Source: a virus
Lineage: Duplodnaviria; Heunggongvirae; Uroviricota; Caudoviricetes
DNA: 64,000 nt
Reading direction: 5' to 3' (one strand)
IMG/VR virus record: IMGVR_UViG_3300048091_000193
Location: 52,697 to 116,696 of that record
The stretch's first letter is position 1; each line of letters opens with the position of its first letter. The notes below the pieces were generated by a model. The model saw only the letters and a list, made by a program, of their open reading frames with translations, did no database searches and was not told the origin of the DNA. Below are positions 46,455-55,605 of the stretch, in pieces. The translations under genes were made by a program, and so were the position numbers.

Positions 46455-48842
46455 ATGCAAGTCAGCGGCGCGCTTGAAAGCGACAAGTTTGCGATGATGG
46501 GCGGCGGTAAAACGCACTCGTTCACCATCAAGAGTTCGGCCCATACGTTCCGGGTTCTCTCGAACAGCCTCTATGGTGACAAATATACGGCTGTCGCCCG
46601 CGAGCTGATCTGCAACGTGATCGATATTCATAACCGTCACGGCATCAATGCTCCCGTCGTCATCGAGCTGACCGACAATGAGGTCAAGTTCATCGATCAG
46701 GGGCCGGGTATCTCCGACGAGGACATTCCGGAGCGCTACCTCACCTATTTCGGATCCGACAAGACGGATGATGCGACGCAGATCGGCGGTTTTGGCCTGG
46801 GCTGCAAGGCGCCATTCGCGCTGTCTGAGCATTTTCGGGTCGAGAGCAATCACAACGGCTTCAAGCGCATCTATGCGCTGACAATCGGAAGCACCGAGAC
46901 GAACGGCGAGCCGGCCGCGACCGAGATGGTGTGCGTGCCCACGACCGATGTTGGTCTGGTCGTCGCTGTGCCGCTTGATGGGCACCAGGCGCGCAATCTG
47001 ATGGAGCGCTGCATCTACCGCGTCGCCCGAGACGGCGGCATCCCGGTGATGCTCAACGGCGAGATGATCACCAATATCCGCGACTACACCGGCTTCGAGC
47101 AGGCTGGCTATGGCTATTACCGATACATCGACAACGCGGGCAGGCACCTCATCGCCGTGCGTTATGGCCACGTCCTGTATCCCGTTGAGGGCAATGATGC
47201 GATCCAGGAACTGTTCCTGGAGCTCTCCAAATACGCGATCATGAACTACCAGCTCGTTCTGCATGCGCCGCCCAACTCGATCGCGGTGCAGCCCTCGCGC
47301 GAGCGACTGAGCTACGAGGATCTGACGATCTCGACCTTGAAGCGCCTAATGGAGCGCTTCCTCCGCGACGTCCGGCCGCGCATCGAGCGGCAGCGCAAAG
47401 TCGCCTTTATCGAGGGCCTGAACGGTTATCGCCGGCACGAATACATCCAGGCAGTGACTGGCGGAATTTACGCCAACATCGCCGCTGACAGAGACGTGCC
47501 TAGCGTCGGGCCGGAAGGAGCCGCGAGCATGATCGCGCGGTCACGCCTTCTGAATAACCGTGAAATCACGATGGATCTGCATCGCTTGGCGATGAGCTAT
47601 TACCGTGATCGCGGCATCGCGGTCGGCAAAGGGTTCACGCCCCAAGGGGACCAGTTCCGCTACGTTCTGAGCCGTGTGCTGCGCGCCATCATGCCGACGG
47701 TTCCGAAGCCCGACCTGCTCTATCGGAACAGCGCCTATAGCAGCTTCGAGCCTGTCAAAAAGCTGAAGTTCAACCGCACCAGCTCCATCGACGGTCTCCG
47801 CCTGACAGTCGTCAACAGCCGCACGACAGCGATCAGTCACAAGGCCACGGGCCTGGTGCTGGTCGGCCGCTTCAACGAGGCGGAAATCGCCGGCATCAAG
47901 GCCGGTCTGGAACGCTACCACTTCAAATTCAAGCGCCTGATGCCGTTTGCACAGCCGAAGAAGCCAAAGCCGGTCAAGGCTGATACCGATCTGTTCGTCC
48001 AATTCGATAAGACCACCTTTGCCTATCGAAGCTTCGCCACCTACTCGCGTTACGCGCCGGGGGCACCGACACTTGCCCAGCCCGCGAGCTTCCTGCCGTT
48101 GCAGGTCACCCGCATGAAAGACAAGAACGATACGTTCGTGCCCGCGCTCGATGGTGCAGTGGTCGCTCATCTGACCCACGAGGACGTCGGATCTCTCTAC
48201 GATGGCTGTGCGGTGCCGCTGACCGTCAAGGAGCGGGATCGCCTGGTCGAGATGGGTGTGCCGCGCGTCGGCGATATGATCCTCGCCAAACTGCGGGCGC
48301 GCATCAAGAAGAACAGGGACGACTTGTTCACGGTCATCGCGGGCGCAATGCACCGCAACGACAAGAAAGGTTATCCCCTTAGCAGTCGCGAGGTCCGCAA
48401 ATTCGCGACCAATGCCGCTTATATGAGCCGGCGCCTGGCCTGCGCCGTGTTTGGCGAGACCTATCGCCACCTGACCAAGCTCGATGACTGCTGGCAGGTC
48501 TGGCGGGAGGCAAGAGCCTTCTTTACGGACGCATCCTATCGCGGCGTGTGGCTCGACGATGCCGAAAAACAGGCTTTCGACCTGCAGCACATCGCATTCC
48601 AACAAATCATCGCCGATCTGCTGGCGAAAGTGCCGGCCGATCGCAAGGTTCTCCAGCGTCTCGGCGACGTCGTGCTGACCCAGGCCGACGTGCTGCACAT
48701 GAATTTCCTCGCGAGCATCGTCGACCTGTCGGGTCTCGAGGATGAAGAACGTCTGGCTCGCCTGATCGAGGCGGACGCCAAACTCTACAACCCCAAAACG
48801 ATCTCAACCAGCAAAGATGAGGACCTGGAATGCGCAGCGTAA
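46455..48842 (+). CDS. rIIA: rIIA-like protein with N-terminal GHKL (histidine-kinase-like) ATPase domain
   Basis: KTHSFTIKSSAHTFRVLSNSLYGDKYTAVARELICNVIDIH aligns with T4 rIIA [48 protein letters not shown] and GGFGLGCKAPF Bergerat-fold motifs. Confidence 0.85.
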   Translation: MQVSGALESDKFAMMGGGKTHSFTIKSSAHTFRVLSNSLYGDKYTAVARELICNVIDIHNRHGINAPVVIELTDNEVKFIDQGPGISDEDIPERYLTYFGSDKTDDATQIGGFGLGCKAPFALSEHFRVESNHNGFKRIYALTIGSTETNGEPAATEMVCVPTTDVGLVVAVPLDGHQARNLMERCIYRVARDGGIPVMLNGEMITNIRDYTGFEQAGYGYYRYIDNAGRHLIAVRYGHVLYPVEGNDAIQELFLELSKYAIMNYQLVLHAPPNSIAVQPSRERLSYEDLTISTLKRLMERFLRDVRPRIERQRKVAFIEGLNGYRRHEYIQAVTGGIYANIAADRDVPSVGPEGAASMIARSRLLNNREITMDLHRLAMSYYRDRGIAVGKGFTPQGDQFRYVLSRVLRAIMPTVPKPDLLYRNSAYSSFEPVKKLKFNRTSSIDGLRLTVVNSRTTAISHKATGLVLVGRFNEAEIAGIKAGLERYHFKFKRLMPFAQPKKPKPVKADTDLFVQFDKTTFAYRSFATYSRYAPGAPTLAQPASFLPLQVTRMKDKNDTFVPALDGAVVAHLTHEDVGSLYDGCAVPLTVKERDRLVEMGVPRVGDMILAKLRARIKKNRDDLFTVIAGAMHRNDKKGYPLSSREVRKFATNAAYMSRRLACAVFGETYRHLTKLDDCWQVWREARAFFTDASYRGVWLDDAEKQAFDLQHIAFQQIIADLLAKVPADRKVLQRLGDVVLTQADVLHMNFLASIVDLSGLEDEERLARLIEADAKLYNPKTISTSKDEDLECAA

Positions 48843-50041
48843 ATGTGGCCGGCGCAGTCGTCGGCAATGCCAATATCACTCTGTTTTTCACCGACGGCAA
48901 AACCGAGGTGCTCCCGCAGTCCGGCTTTCGAACCGCCGAGATTATGGAGCAGATCATGCCCACGCTCGCCAAGATGCAGACGGCGACGATCAACCTCGAG
49001 GAGTTCGCGATCGTCAAGGTGATCGAGGATCTGACCAAGGGCGTCGTCAAGGCCGAAGCTTCGATCAGCGGCGAAGTGACAATGAAGGTGAATGGTCAGG
49101 AGATCGATCACGAGGCTCTCTCGGACCATATCGAGCGCGCGACACTCGACGGATCGCCCGGTTTCGGCCGCTTCATGCAGAAGTTCTCCGAGATCAGGCG
49201 CCAGCACACCTCGAACGAGCTCCTGGTCTTCATGAAGGGCGCCGACCTGCCCCTGTGTGACGACGGTTCTATCCTGGGCTTCAAGATCCTGGTCGAGAAG
49301 GCAAAGGACGACGACGCGCCCGATATCATGCGCGACAAGCATTCGAAGCGGGTTCCCCAGCGGCTCGGCTCGCTGGTGTTCATGCCCGACTCCAAGGTCA
49401 ACGACAATCGGCGCGAGGCATGCGGCACCGGCCTGCACATTGCGGCGCGGAGCTACCTGTCCGGGTTCTGGGATCGCAATGCTCGGCTCTGTCTGGTCAA
49501 GATCCAGCCGAAGGACGTGATCGCGGTTCCGCTGCGCGAGACCACGAAGATGCGCGTGTCCGCCTATCACATCGTCAAGGTGTTCTCGAAGGAGGATGGC
49601 GACGCAATCAAGGACGGCAAGAGCATTCACGACATTCCGAGTGCCTTGAAATTGCTGGAAGAAGCCGTCGGCGGCGACATCGGCTCGATCATCGAGAAGG
49701 TCGAGGTCAAGATGGACAACACTGTCACCGTGACCCCGGTTGCCCCGAAGACCGAGCGCGTCGTTCAGCGCAAGGCGAAGAAGGCGGTCAAGGTCTCACA
49801 GGTCGTCAAGAAAGCGTCCGCTGACAAAAAGGGCGGCGTCGGCATGAAGATCGACCCGAAGGACGTCAAACTCCTGAAAAAGCTGATCAAGGCCTCGCCG
49901 CACCTGGCTGACCTGGACAATGCCTACCTCAAGAAGCTGGTCCGCGCGCAGAAGATGCTGGATGACGGCAAGTCCCTGCGCACGATCGGCGAGAAGCTGG
50001 GCGTCGACCGCGACGCGCTGGGACGTAATCTGATCCGCTAA
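48830..50041 (+). CDS. rIIB: rIIB-like protein
   Basis: MPDSKVNDNRREACGTGLHIAARSYLSGFWDRNARLCLVKIQPKDVIAVP aligns with T4 rIIB MPRTRVNDDDTQTCSRGLHVCSKSYIRHFGSGDRVVKCKVHPRDVVSIP; follows rIIA. Confidence 0.8.
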   Translation: MRSVNVAGAVVGNANITLFFTDGKTEVLPQSGFRTAEIMEQIMPTLAKMQTATINLEEFAIVKVIEDLTKGVVKAEASISGEVTMKVNGQEIDHEALSDHIERATLDGSPGFGRFMQKFSEIRRQHTSNELLVFMKGADLPLCDDGSILGFKILVEKAKDDDAPDIMRDKHSKRVPQRLGSLVFMPDSKVNDNRREACGTGLHIAARSYLSGFWDRNARLCLVKIQPKDVIAVPLRETTKMRVSAYHIVKVFSKEDGDAIKDGKSIHDIPSALKLLEEAVGGDIGSIIEKVEVKMDNTVTVTPVAPKTERVVQRKAKKAVKVSQVVKKASADKKGGVGMKIDPKDVKLLKKLIKASPHLADLDNAYLKKLVRAQKMLDDGKSLRTIGEKLGVDRDALGRNLIR

Positions 50042-50049
50042 TTTGCCAT

Positions 50050-50108
50050 CTGCAAACCTAACGCTGCGCGCTATATTGTAAGTCAGTATTGACTTTGTAG
50101 CGCGCAGC
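50050..50108 (+). promoter_or_regulatory. Class I promoter-operator: CTGCAA(50050-50055), 16 nt, TATATT(50072-50077), AAGTCA-gtat-TGACTT(50080-50095), bracketed by 9-bp inverted repeat gctgcgcgc(50063-50071)/gcgcgcagc(50100-50108)
   Basis: Read from sequence. Confidence 0.6.
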
Positions 50109-50123
50109 AAGCAAGGAGACGAC

Positions 50124-50807
50124 ATGAACGCCCCGCTCCGTCCCGTCCTTCCGATCGACCATGTTCGCGTCCTGATCAGCCAGATGTCGATCGCGGATCT
50201 GATGCGCGGAACCCATTCCGATGGCTATCCGGATCGGATCGGCTATTTCCAATATACGCACACCGGGCGCCTGTTTTGGTCGTGCGACCCCCGCCCCGAA
50301 GAAGTCTTCATCGAGGATATCGCTACCCAGCTGGCCCGAGTGCCGCGCTTCGGCGGCGGATGTGTCCGCAATGTCTCGGTCGCCGAGCATTCCTGGATCG
50401 CCTCGTTCGTTGGCTCGGAAGAAGAAGCTCTGGAGCGCCTGCTTCATGACGCACCCGAGGCCTACATCGGCGATCTGATCCGCCCGCTCAAGGCATTGCC
50501 GGTCTACAGCGACGTCTACCTCCGCATCGAGGACGGCATCATGAAGGCGATCGCAGAGCGTTATCGCCTGCAATACCCCTTCCCGCGCAGCGTCAAATAT
50601 GCCGACGAATACGTGGTCGGCGGCGAGATCGCCCAGAACATCGACGCGACCGAACAATCGTCGCAGCACATCAAAGACCGCGCCGCTCGCATCGATGGCG
50701 CCGGCGTGCGGCTCTACTACTGGTCGGCCGACGTAGCGAAACACCATTTCCTGCAGCGCTTCTATGAGCTGGCTGAAAAGCGCGGTCTGCGCGGCATGGC
50801 TGTTTGA
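50124..50807 (+). CDS. HD-domain phosphohydrolase (YfbR-like 5'-deoxynucleotidase family)
   Basis: HSWIASFVG...LLHDAPEAYIGDLIRPLK matches the HD-domain H...HD...D pattern of YfbR-type nucleotidases. Confidence 0.55.
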   Translation: MNAPLRPVLPIDHVRVLISQMSIADLMRGTHSDGYPDRIGYFQYTHTGRLFWSCDPRPEEVFIEDIATQLARVPRFGGGCVRNVSVAEHSWIASFVGSEEEALERLLHDAPEAYIGDLIRPLKALPVYSDVYLRIEDGIMKAIAERYRLQYPFPRSVKYADEYVVGGEIAQNIDATEQSSQHIKDRAARIDGAGVRLYYWSADVAKHHFLQRFYELAEKRGLRGMAV

Positions 50808-50820
50808 GTTGGAGCCCGAG

Positions 50821-50988
50821 ATGGAAAAGCTGATCTATTACATCGCGGCCTGCGCCGTCGTCGCTTCGCTCGCCATCGGATTTATCGGCGGCGCCATCGG
50901 TAACCTGTTTGGCTTCGGCTTTTGGACACCCGCTTGTATCTGCGGCGGACTGTTCGCTGCATTCACTCTGGGAAGGATCATCGGCTGA
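50821..50988 (+). CDS. Small membrane protein (55 aa)
   Basis: Two hydrophobic helices with GxxxG-like motifs; start at internal ATG 50821. Confidence 0.3.
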   Translation: MEKLIYYIAACAVVASLAIGFIGGAIGNLFGFGFWTPACICGGLFAAFTLGRIIG

Positions 50989-51260
50989 TGTCGGAGAAAT
51001 TCCCTCACCGCGAATACGGCTCGTGCTTCGAGCGCGTCTACTGGAACAACAACGTCGCCGGCAACAGCAGCAATGCCGACCGCGTCTGGGTCCAGGTGAA
51101 CGCCGGCATCCACCACAATCGCATGATCTTCAATTGGCCGGCTGATCGCGACGCTATCGAAAACCTCGAGGCAATGCTGGACCGGGCTCACAAGATTGGC
51201 CAAGGCGCCGCAAAGAGCGAGATCCGCAAGTTTCTCGGCATCGAGGATCCGCGCCGATGA
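50988..51260 (+). CDS. Hypothetical protein (90 aa)
   Basis: ATGA-coupled. Confidence 0.4.
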   Translation: MSEKFPHREYGSCFERVYWNNNVAGNSSNADRVWVQVNAGIHHNRMIFNWPADRDAIENLEAMLDRAHKIGQGAAKSEIRKFLGIEDPRR

Positions 51261-51505
51261 CCGAGTCCTGGCCCGATATGTCGACTGAGTTGACGCGCAA
51301 GGCGATGGAATGCGCTTTGAAGCACGTCGACCACGCGGAGAACGGCGGGTCCCTCGGGGGCCTGGCGCTGGTGCTCGACGTGCTGACCGACATTACTCAG
51401 GGCCTGATCGAGAATGATCAGTGGCAGATTCTCTACGACCTGCGCCAGAACACCATCAAAGAGATCCGTCTGATGGTCGCCAAGAAGAAGGCGGCCAAGC
51501 CATGA
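51257..51505 (+). CDS. Hypothetical protein (82 aa)
   Basis: ATGA-coupled. Confidence 0.4.
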   Translation: MTESWPDMSTELTRKAMECALKHVDHAENGGSLGGLALVLDVLTDITQGLIENDQWQILYDLRQNTIKEIRLMVAKKKAAKP

Positions 51506-52035
51506 CCGAGCCCTTCGACAAAGACGCCTGGGTCCTGCGCGCGATCGACAGCGGAAAGCTGCGGGTGAGCCGAGACGGTCGCGCGTTCCGTGTTGGCCAA
51601 AACGGTCTCGTTGAGATCCCGCTGCAGACCCACAAGAAGACCGGCCGCGTCTACTTCAACTTCACCTTCGAGGAGAAGACGAAGTCGATCCTGATCAATC
51701 GCGCAGTGGGGCTCAAATATCTGCCCAATCCGCTGAACCTGCCCCAGGTGAACCACATCGACGGCATCAAGGCGCACAACTGGGTGGAATGCGAGAAGCA
51801 CCCGGTCAGCAATCTCGAATGGTCGTCGAAGTCCCATAACGAGAAGCATGCCTTCGGCACTGGCCTGAAATCGAACCGCGGCACCTCGAACGGCAATTCG
51901 AAGTTGACGCCGGCCGACGTCGTCAAAATCCGAGAAGCCCCAGCCGACAACCTCGTTGCACTCGCGCAATCTCTCAAAGTGTCGCGCAAGACGATTAGCG
52001 ACGTTCGCGCCAAAAAGACCTGGAGCCACGTATGA
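51502..52035 (+). CDS. HNH homing endonuclease (HNH_3-type)
   Basis: VNHIDGIKAHNWVECEKHPVSNLEWSSKSHNEKHAF HNH_3 signature (NHIDG...NN..NLEW...N); ATGA-coupled. Confidence 0.65.
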   Translation: MTEPFDKDAWVLRAIDSGKLRVSRDGRAFRVGQNGLVEIPLQTHKKTGRVYFNFTFEEKTKSILINRAVGLKYLPNPLNLPQVNHIDGIKAHNWVECEKHPVSNLEWSSKSHNEKHAFGTGLKSNRGTSNGNSKLTPADVVKIREAPADNLVALAQSLKVSRKTISDVRAKKTWSHV

Positions 52036-52256
52036 CGCCGCAGATCATTCACGCCCTACAGAACGGCGAAGCTTATTACGCCCCGACAAATCTCGGCTTC
52101 GCGCTGATCTTCCCGGTCGAGAAGCCGACGCCGGGCGATCTTGCGACCGCGCCGCGTGATCCGCCGCTGACGCTGACCCCGAAGGGTCCGCTTGAACGCG
52201 CCGTCCAGGCTCAGACCCGGCGCCGGGGCTTCACTGTCGTTGGCGACGCATCGTGA
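52032..52256 (+). CDS. Small hypothetical protein (74 aa)
   Basis: ATGA-coupled ORF. Confidence 0.35.
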   Translation: MTPQIIHALQNGEAYYAPTNLGFALIFPVEKPTPGDLATAPRDPPLTLTPKGPLERAVQAQTRRRGFTVVGDAS

Positions 52257-52326
52257 GCTTCCTCGCTGAATACTGGCCGCTCGCGATCATCGCGGGCGTT
52301 CTGGTCCTTGCCTACTGGAGAACCTG

Positions 52327-52503
52327 ATGCCCACACCACAAGAGAAAGACGACGTGCAGCCGACGATCGATCCAGCTGCTGTCGGCTGGTTTGTCGTCGC
52401 CATGCTTTTCATCGCCATCGTTGGTTTGCTTTTGGCGAGCGCCTTGCCGCCGGAGAGCGAGTGCTGGCAAGGCATGTATATCGGGGGCACGCGCCGATGC
52501 TGA
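52327..52503 (+). CDS. Small membrane protein (58 aa)
   Basis: MPTPQEKDDVQPTIDPAAVGWFVVAMLFIAIVGLLLASALPP... single TM helix; below the ORF-track cut-off, read directly from sequence. Confidence 0.3.
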   Translation: MPTPQEKDDVQPTIDPAAVGWFVVAMLFIAIVGLLLASALPPESECWQGMYIGGTRRC

Positions 52504-52727
52504 CCAAGACAATGATCGCTGGTCTGAGGGAGTGCGCTGATTGGGGCGCAAGTGGATCTGATTACGGCATGCACACGGCTTGGAAGCCCAAAACGATGGA
52601 GAAGCTGCACCAGCTCGGTCTCGTGATGAAGGTTGAAAAGTGCCGATCCGCTGCCGGCTTTCGCTTCACTGGTTGGCGTCTCACCGAAAAGGGCGAAACC
52701 ACTCTCAAGGGAGAAATCCAATGCTGA
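52497..52727 (+). CDS. Small hypothetical protein (76 aa)
   Basis: Internal ATG of ORF-track entry 52308..52727; the upstream part of that entry is out-of-character sequence. Confidence 0.35.
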   Translation: MLTKTMIAGLRECADWGASGSDYGMHTAWKPKTMEKLHQLGLVMKVEKCRSAAGFRFTGWRLTEKGETTLKGEIQC

Positions 52728-53278
52728 TCGCGGGAAGCGACATAGAGACAACAGGCCTCGAGCCCGGCGATCACCGCATCATCGAAGCGTATGTCGGCGT
52801 CTATGACCTGACCACTCGCAAGCTGGTCGGCAAGTATTTCTCGCGCATCGACCCGCAGCGCACGATCCAGCCGGCAGCCCAGGTGGTCCACAAGATCGCG
52901 TTGTCCGATCTGCAGGGCGAACCGCTCTGGAAGGACGTCGCGGCTGATTTCCGCACGGCGCTCGAAAGCGCTGATCTCGTCGTCGGGCACAACTGGATCG
53001 GCTTCGACGGTCCCTTCGTCGATTATGAGATGCAGCGCGTCGGCCTGCCCAAGCTGACCAAGCCCACTTTCGACACCATGCTCGAAGGGCGCTGGGCGAC
53101 GCCGACCGGCCTGGTGCCGAACCTCGGCGCGCTCTGCTGGGCCGCTGGCATCGAATACGACGCATCACAAGCGCACGCCGCCGAATACGACGTGGACGTG
53201 ATGATGCAAGCGTTTTTCCGCGGCCTCGACTGGGGCTTCTTCAAGATCAACCAGCCGGCCACGGCACTCGCAGCTTAG
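52721..53278 (+). CDS. DnaQ-like DEDDh 3'-5' exonuclease
   Basis: Exo I DIETTGL, Exo II GHNWIGFDGPFV, Exo III HAAEYDVDVM. Confidence 0.75.
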   Translation: MLIAGSDIETTGLEPGDHRIIEAYVGVYDLTTRKLVGKYFSRIDPQRTIQPAAQVVHKIALSDLQGEPLWKDVAADFRTALESADLVVGHNWIGFDGPFVDYEMQRVGLPKLTKPTFDTMLEGRWATPTGLVPNLGALCWAAGIEYDASQAHAAEYDVDVMMQAFFRGLDWGFFKINQPATALAA

Positions 53279-53286
53279 GAGTCATA

Positions 53287-53712
53287 GTGCAGTTCTACGT
53301 TTCACCCGAGGTTCTGGCGAAGATCGAAGCGAAGCTTGACCAGCAGATGGTCGCTCGGCTCGCCCACCAGGAGCATGTCTGCGGCGAGCAGGAAAAGATC
53401 ATTCTCAATCTGGAGGGTCAGAACGCCACTCTCCGTAAACTCGCCGCGCTCAAGAAGCGGGAGAAGCCGAAAGCCAGTCTGCGCGTGAAGCTCGGCAAGA
53501 ACCCCAGCCGGTTGCGCTCGGCCTGGCTCGGCATTCGCGAGAGCATCTGGTTTGCGCCTCTGGCCTTCGTTGAGACGACCGCAATTCCGGTGATCGCAAC
53601 GATCGGCTCGGCCGTGATGGTGCTGTTCGCAATGGGTGTGTGGGTCTTTTCGCGTCCCCTGATCCTGATCAGCGGCCTCTGCGGCTATATCCAGGAGACC
53701 GACGCCAAATGA
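53287..53712 (+). CDS. Hypothetical protein with coiled coil and C-terminal TM helices
   Basis: 141 aa; hydrophobic C-terminus AIPVIATIGSAVMVLFAMGVWVF. Confidence 0.45.
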   Translation: MQFYVSPEVLAKIEAKLDQQMVARLAHQEHVCGEQEKIILNLEGQNATLRKLAALKKREKPKASLRVKLGKNPSRLRSAWLGIRESIWFAPLAFVETTAIPVIATIGSAVMVLFAMGVWVFSRPLILISGLCGYIQETDAK

Positions 53713-55013
53713 ATATGCACGTCCCTACCCTGCAGCGCAGCCTGTCCGACATGGTTGCGGAATACGAGGAGAAGAAAGCCGCGCTGCCGGCTGCGATCGC
53801 GGCGTTCAAGCGAGCCGGCTCGGCTCTTGTTGATGCTTCGATCGTGGCAAGCACTTACGGCTGCATGTCGCCGGACATCGGGCACATCTACGAGCGGGAC
53901 CTGGAGCGCAACCTACTCACCTCGGCCTGGAACCATGTCTATACAGGCCTGAACATCGCCCTGCTCGCGACGCCGTCCGAGAAGTGCCTTTACGAACAGT
54001 CCATGAAGGATTTGCCGGAGTTCAACCTCGACAATATCCGCGGCACCTTTGGCAAATACATTCTGGATCCGCGCGGCAGCATGTTGCGCAGCCTGGCCGA
54101 GGTCTTCTGCGAGCTGGATCAGGCCTACAAGAGCCACGACAAGGTCAAGATCGGCGTTGCCGGTCTGCCGAAGCGCATCATCATGAGCGGGTTCAACGGC
54201 TATTCGTATTACGGCCGAGATCGGCTCAAGGTCGTGCTGAACGCGCTGGCTGTCTACCAAGGCAAGCCGCTAATCGAGCACGACGAGCTTCTTTGTCTCA
54301 TCGCCGACAAGCACCTGGCTGTAAAGGACGCCGAGTCGCGCGACATAGCGGCCGAGCGCGGTGTCACGGTCAAGACATTTCAGAACGGCAACGGCCATGT
54401 GATCTTTGCACCGGCCACGCTGCGCGACGTCAACAAGGCGCTCGCTGACTTCTATGGCAACGTGCTGCCCGACACCACTGAAGAACGTCCGGACAAGCCG
54501 TCGGCCTCGACCGCGGTGTCCAAGGATCTGCAGTTCTACCGCACGCCCGACGACGTGGTGGAGCGTGTCCTCGCCAACATCTACCAGCTCAAGGACAAGA
54601 AGGTTCTGGAGCCGTCATGCGGCGATGGTGCGTTTCTTCGTGGGCTGCGCAAGGCCGGCGCCCGCACATTCGGTGTCGAGTTCGACTCCATGCGCGCCGC
54701 AGCATGCCGCTCCCAGGGCTTCAAGGTTCTGACCGCGAATTTTCTGCAGACCGTTCCCGACGCTATCTTCGATTTGGTGGTGATGAACCCGCCCTTCTAC
54801 GGACAGCATTACGCCAAGCACGTCGAACACGCCCTCGAGTTCCTGGTCCCAGGCGGCACGCTCTACGCGATCCTTCCAGTGACGGCCCGCTACGACCACC
54901 ACCTGCTCGATCACCATAAGCCGCATTGGGATGACCTGCCGGTTGGCTCGTTCAGCGAGTCCGGCACCAACATCAACACGACCGTATGTCGCATTCGAAA
55001 GGCAGAAGCATGA
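53709..55013 (+). CDS. N6-adenine DNA methyltransferase (orphan, no cognate REase seen)
   Basis: SAM-binding motif I VLEPSCGDGAF and catalytic motif IV VVMNPPFY; start at ATG 53709 overlapping upstream stop. Confidence 0.75.
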   Translation: MNMHVPTLQRSLSDMVAEYEEKKAALPAAIAAFKRAGSALVDASIVASTYGCMSPDIGHIYERDLERNLLTSAWNHVYTGLNIALLATPSEKCLYEQSMKDLPEFNLDNIRGTFGKYILDPRGSMLRSLAEVFCELDQAYKSHDKVKIGVAGLPKRIIMSGFNGYSYYGRDRLKVVLNALAVYQGKPLIEHDELLCLIADKHLAVKDAESRDIAAERGVTVKTFQNGNGHVIFAPATLRDVNKALADFYGNVLPDTTEERPDKPSASTAVSKDLQFYRTPDDVVERVLANIYQLKDKKVLEPSCGDGAFLRGLRKAGARTFGVEFDSMRAAACRSQGFKVLTANFLQTVPDAIFDLVVMNPPFYGQHYAKHVEHALEFLVPGGTLYAILPVTARYDHHLLDHHKPHWDDLPVGSFSESGTNINTTVCRIRKAEA

Positions 55014-55522
55014 ACCCGATCAAGTTTGAAGGCGCAACGATCGTCGGTGCTCCGAAGAACTGGGACCCTGAGAAGGATGGCGAGTGCATCGGCCTGCCGG
55101 CGCAGATTTCAATCGGCCCTAACGGGATGCGTTTGATCACTTCCGTCTGGAAATTCACGGATGAGGAACGGCGCGCTATCGCATCAGGTCACAACCTGGC
55201 CCTTTCCTGCGTGGGTGCGCAGGTGCCGGTCATTCTGTCCACGGCAGATATAGACGGACCGATCGTGCCCTTCAGCCGCGACGTGAAAGAGCAGACGCAG
55301 GTGGACCTGATCAAGCAGGCAATCACCGACGTCATGACCGACAACCCCAGCAAGGTAGCCCAGGCTCGCGCAAGTCGCGCGCTGCGGGGTTGGTTCGTCG
55401 GCACGACGATCAACACCCTCCTCATCCGTGGTGAGACTGTTTCGCATCCACGGCTGGTTGCGACGTTGGTCGATAAAGCCTTCGACGAACTACGCCAGCC
55501 TGTTGCCACGAGCGAGACGTGA
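55010..55522 (+). CDS. Hypothetical protein (170 aa)
   Basis: ATGA-coupled to the MTase gene. Confidence 0.45.
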   Translation: MNPIKFEGATIVGAPKNWDPEKDGECIGLPAQISIGPNGMRLITSVWKFTDEERRAIASGHNLALSCVGAQVPVILSTADIDGPIVPFSRDVKEQTQVDLIKQAITDVMTDNPSKVAQARASRALRGWFVGTTINTLLIRGETVSHPRLVATLVDKAFDELRQPVATSET

Positions 55523-55540
55523 GATCCCACCCGCTATCCG
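55520..55540 (+). promoter_or_regulatory. Class III element gTGAGATCCCACCCGCTATCCG overlapping the stop codon at 55520-55522
   Basis: Read from sequence. Confidence 0.4.
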
Positions 55541-55605
55541 CAGGTCATGTCGCTATGTTTGCATCTGTCGATGACGACACAGCAACAGGACAGGAGAACG
55601 AAGCA

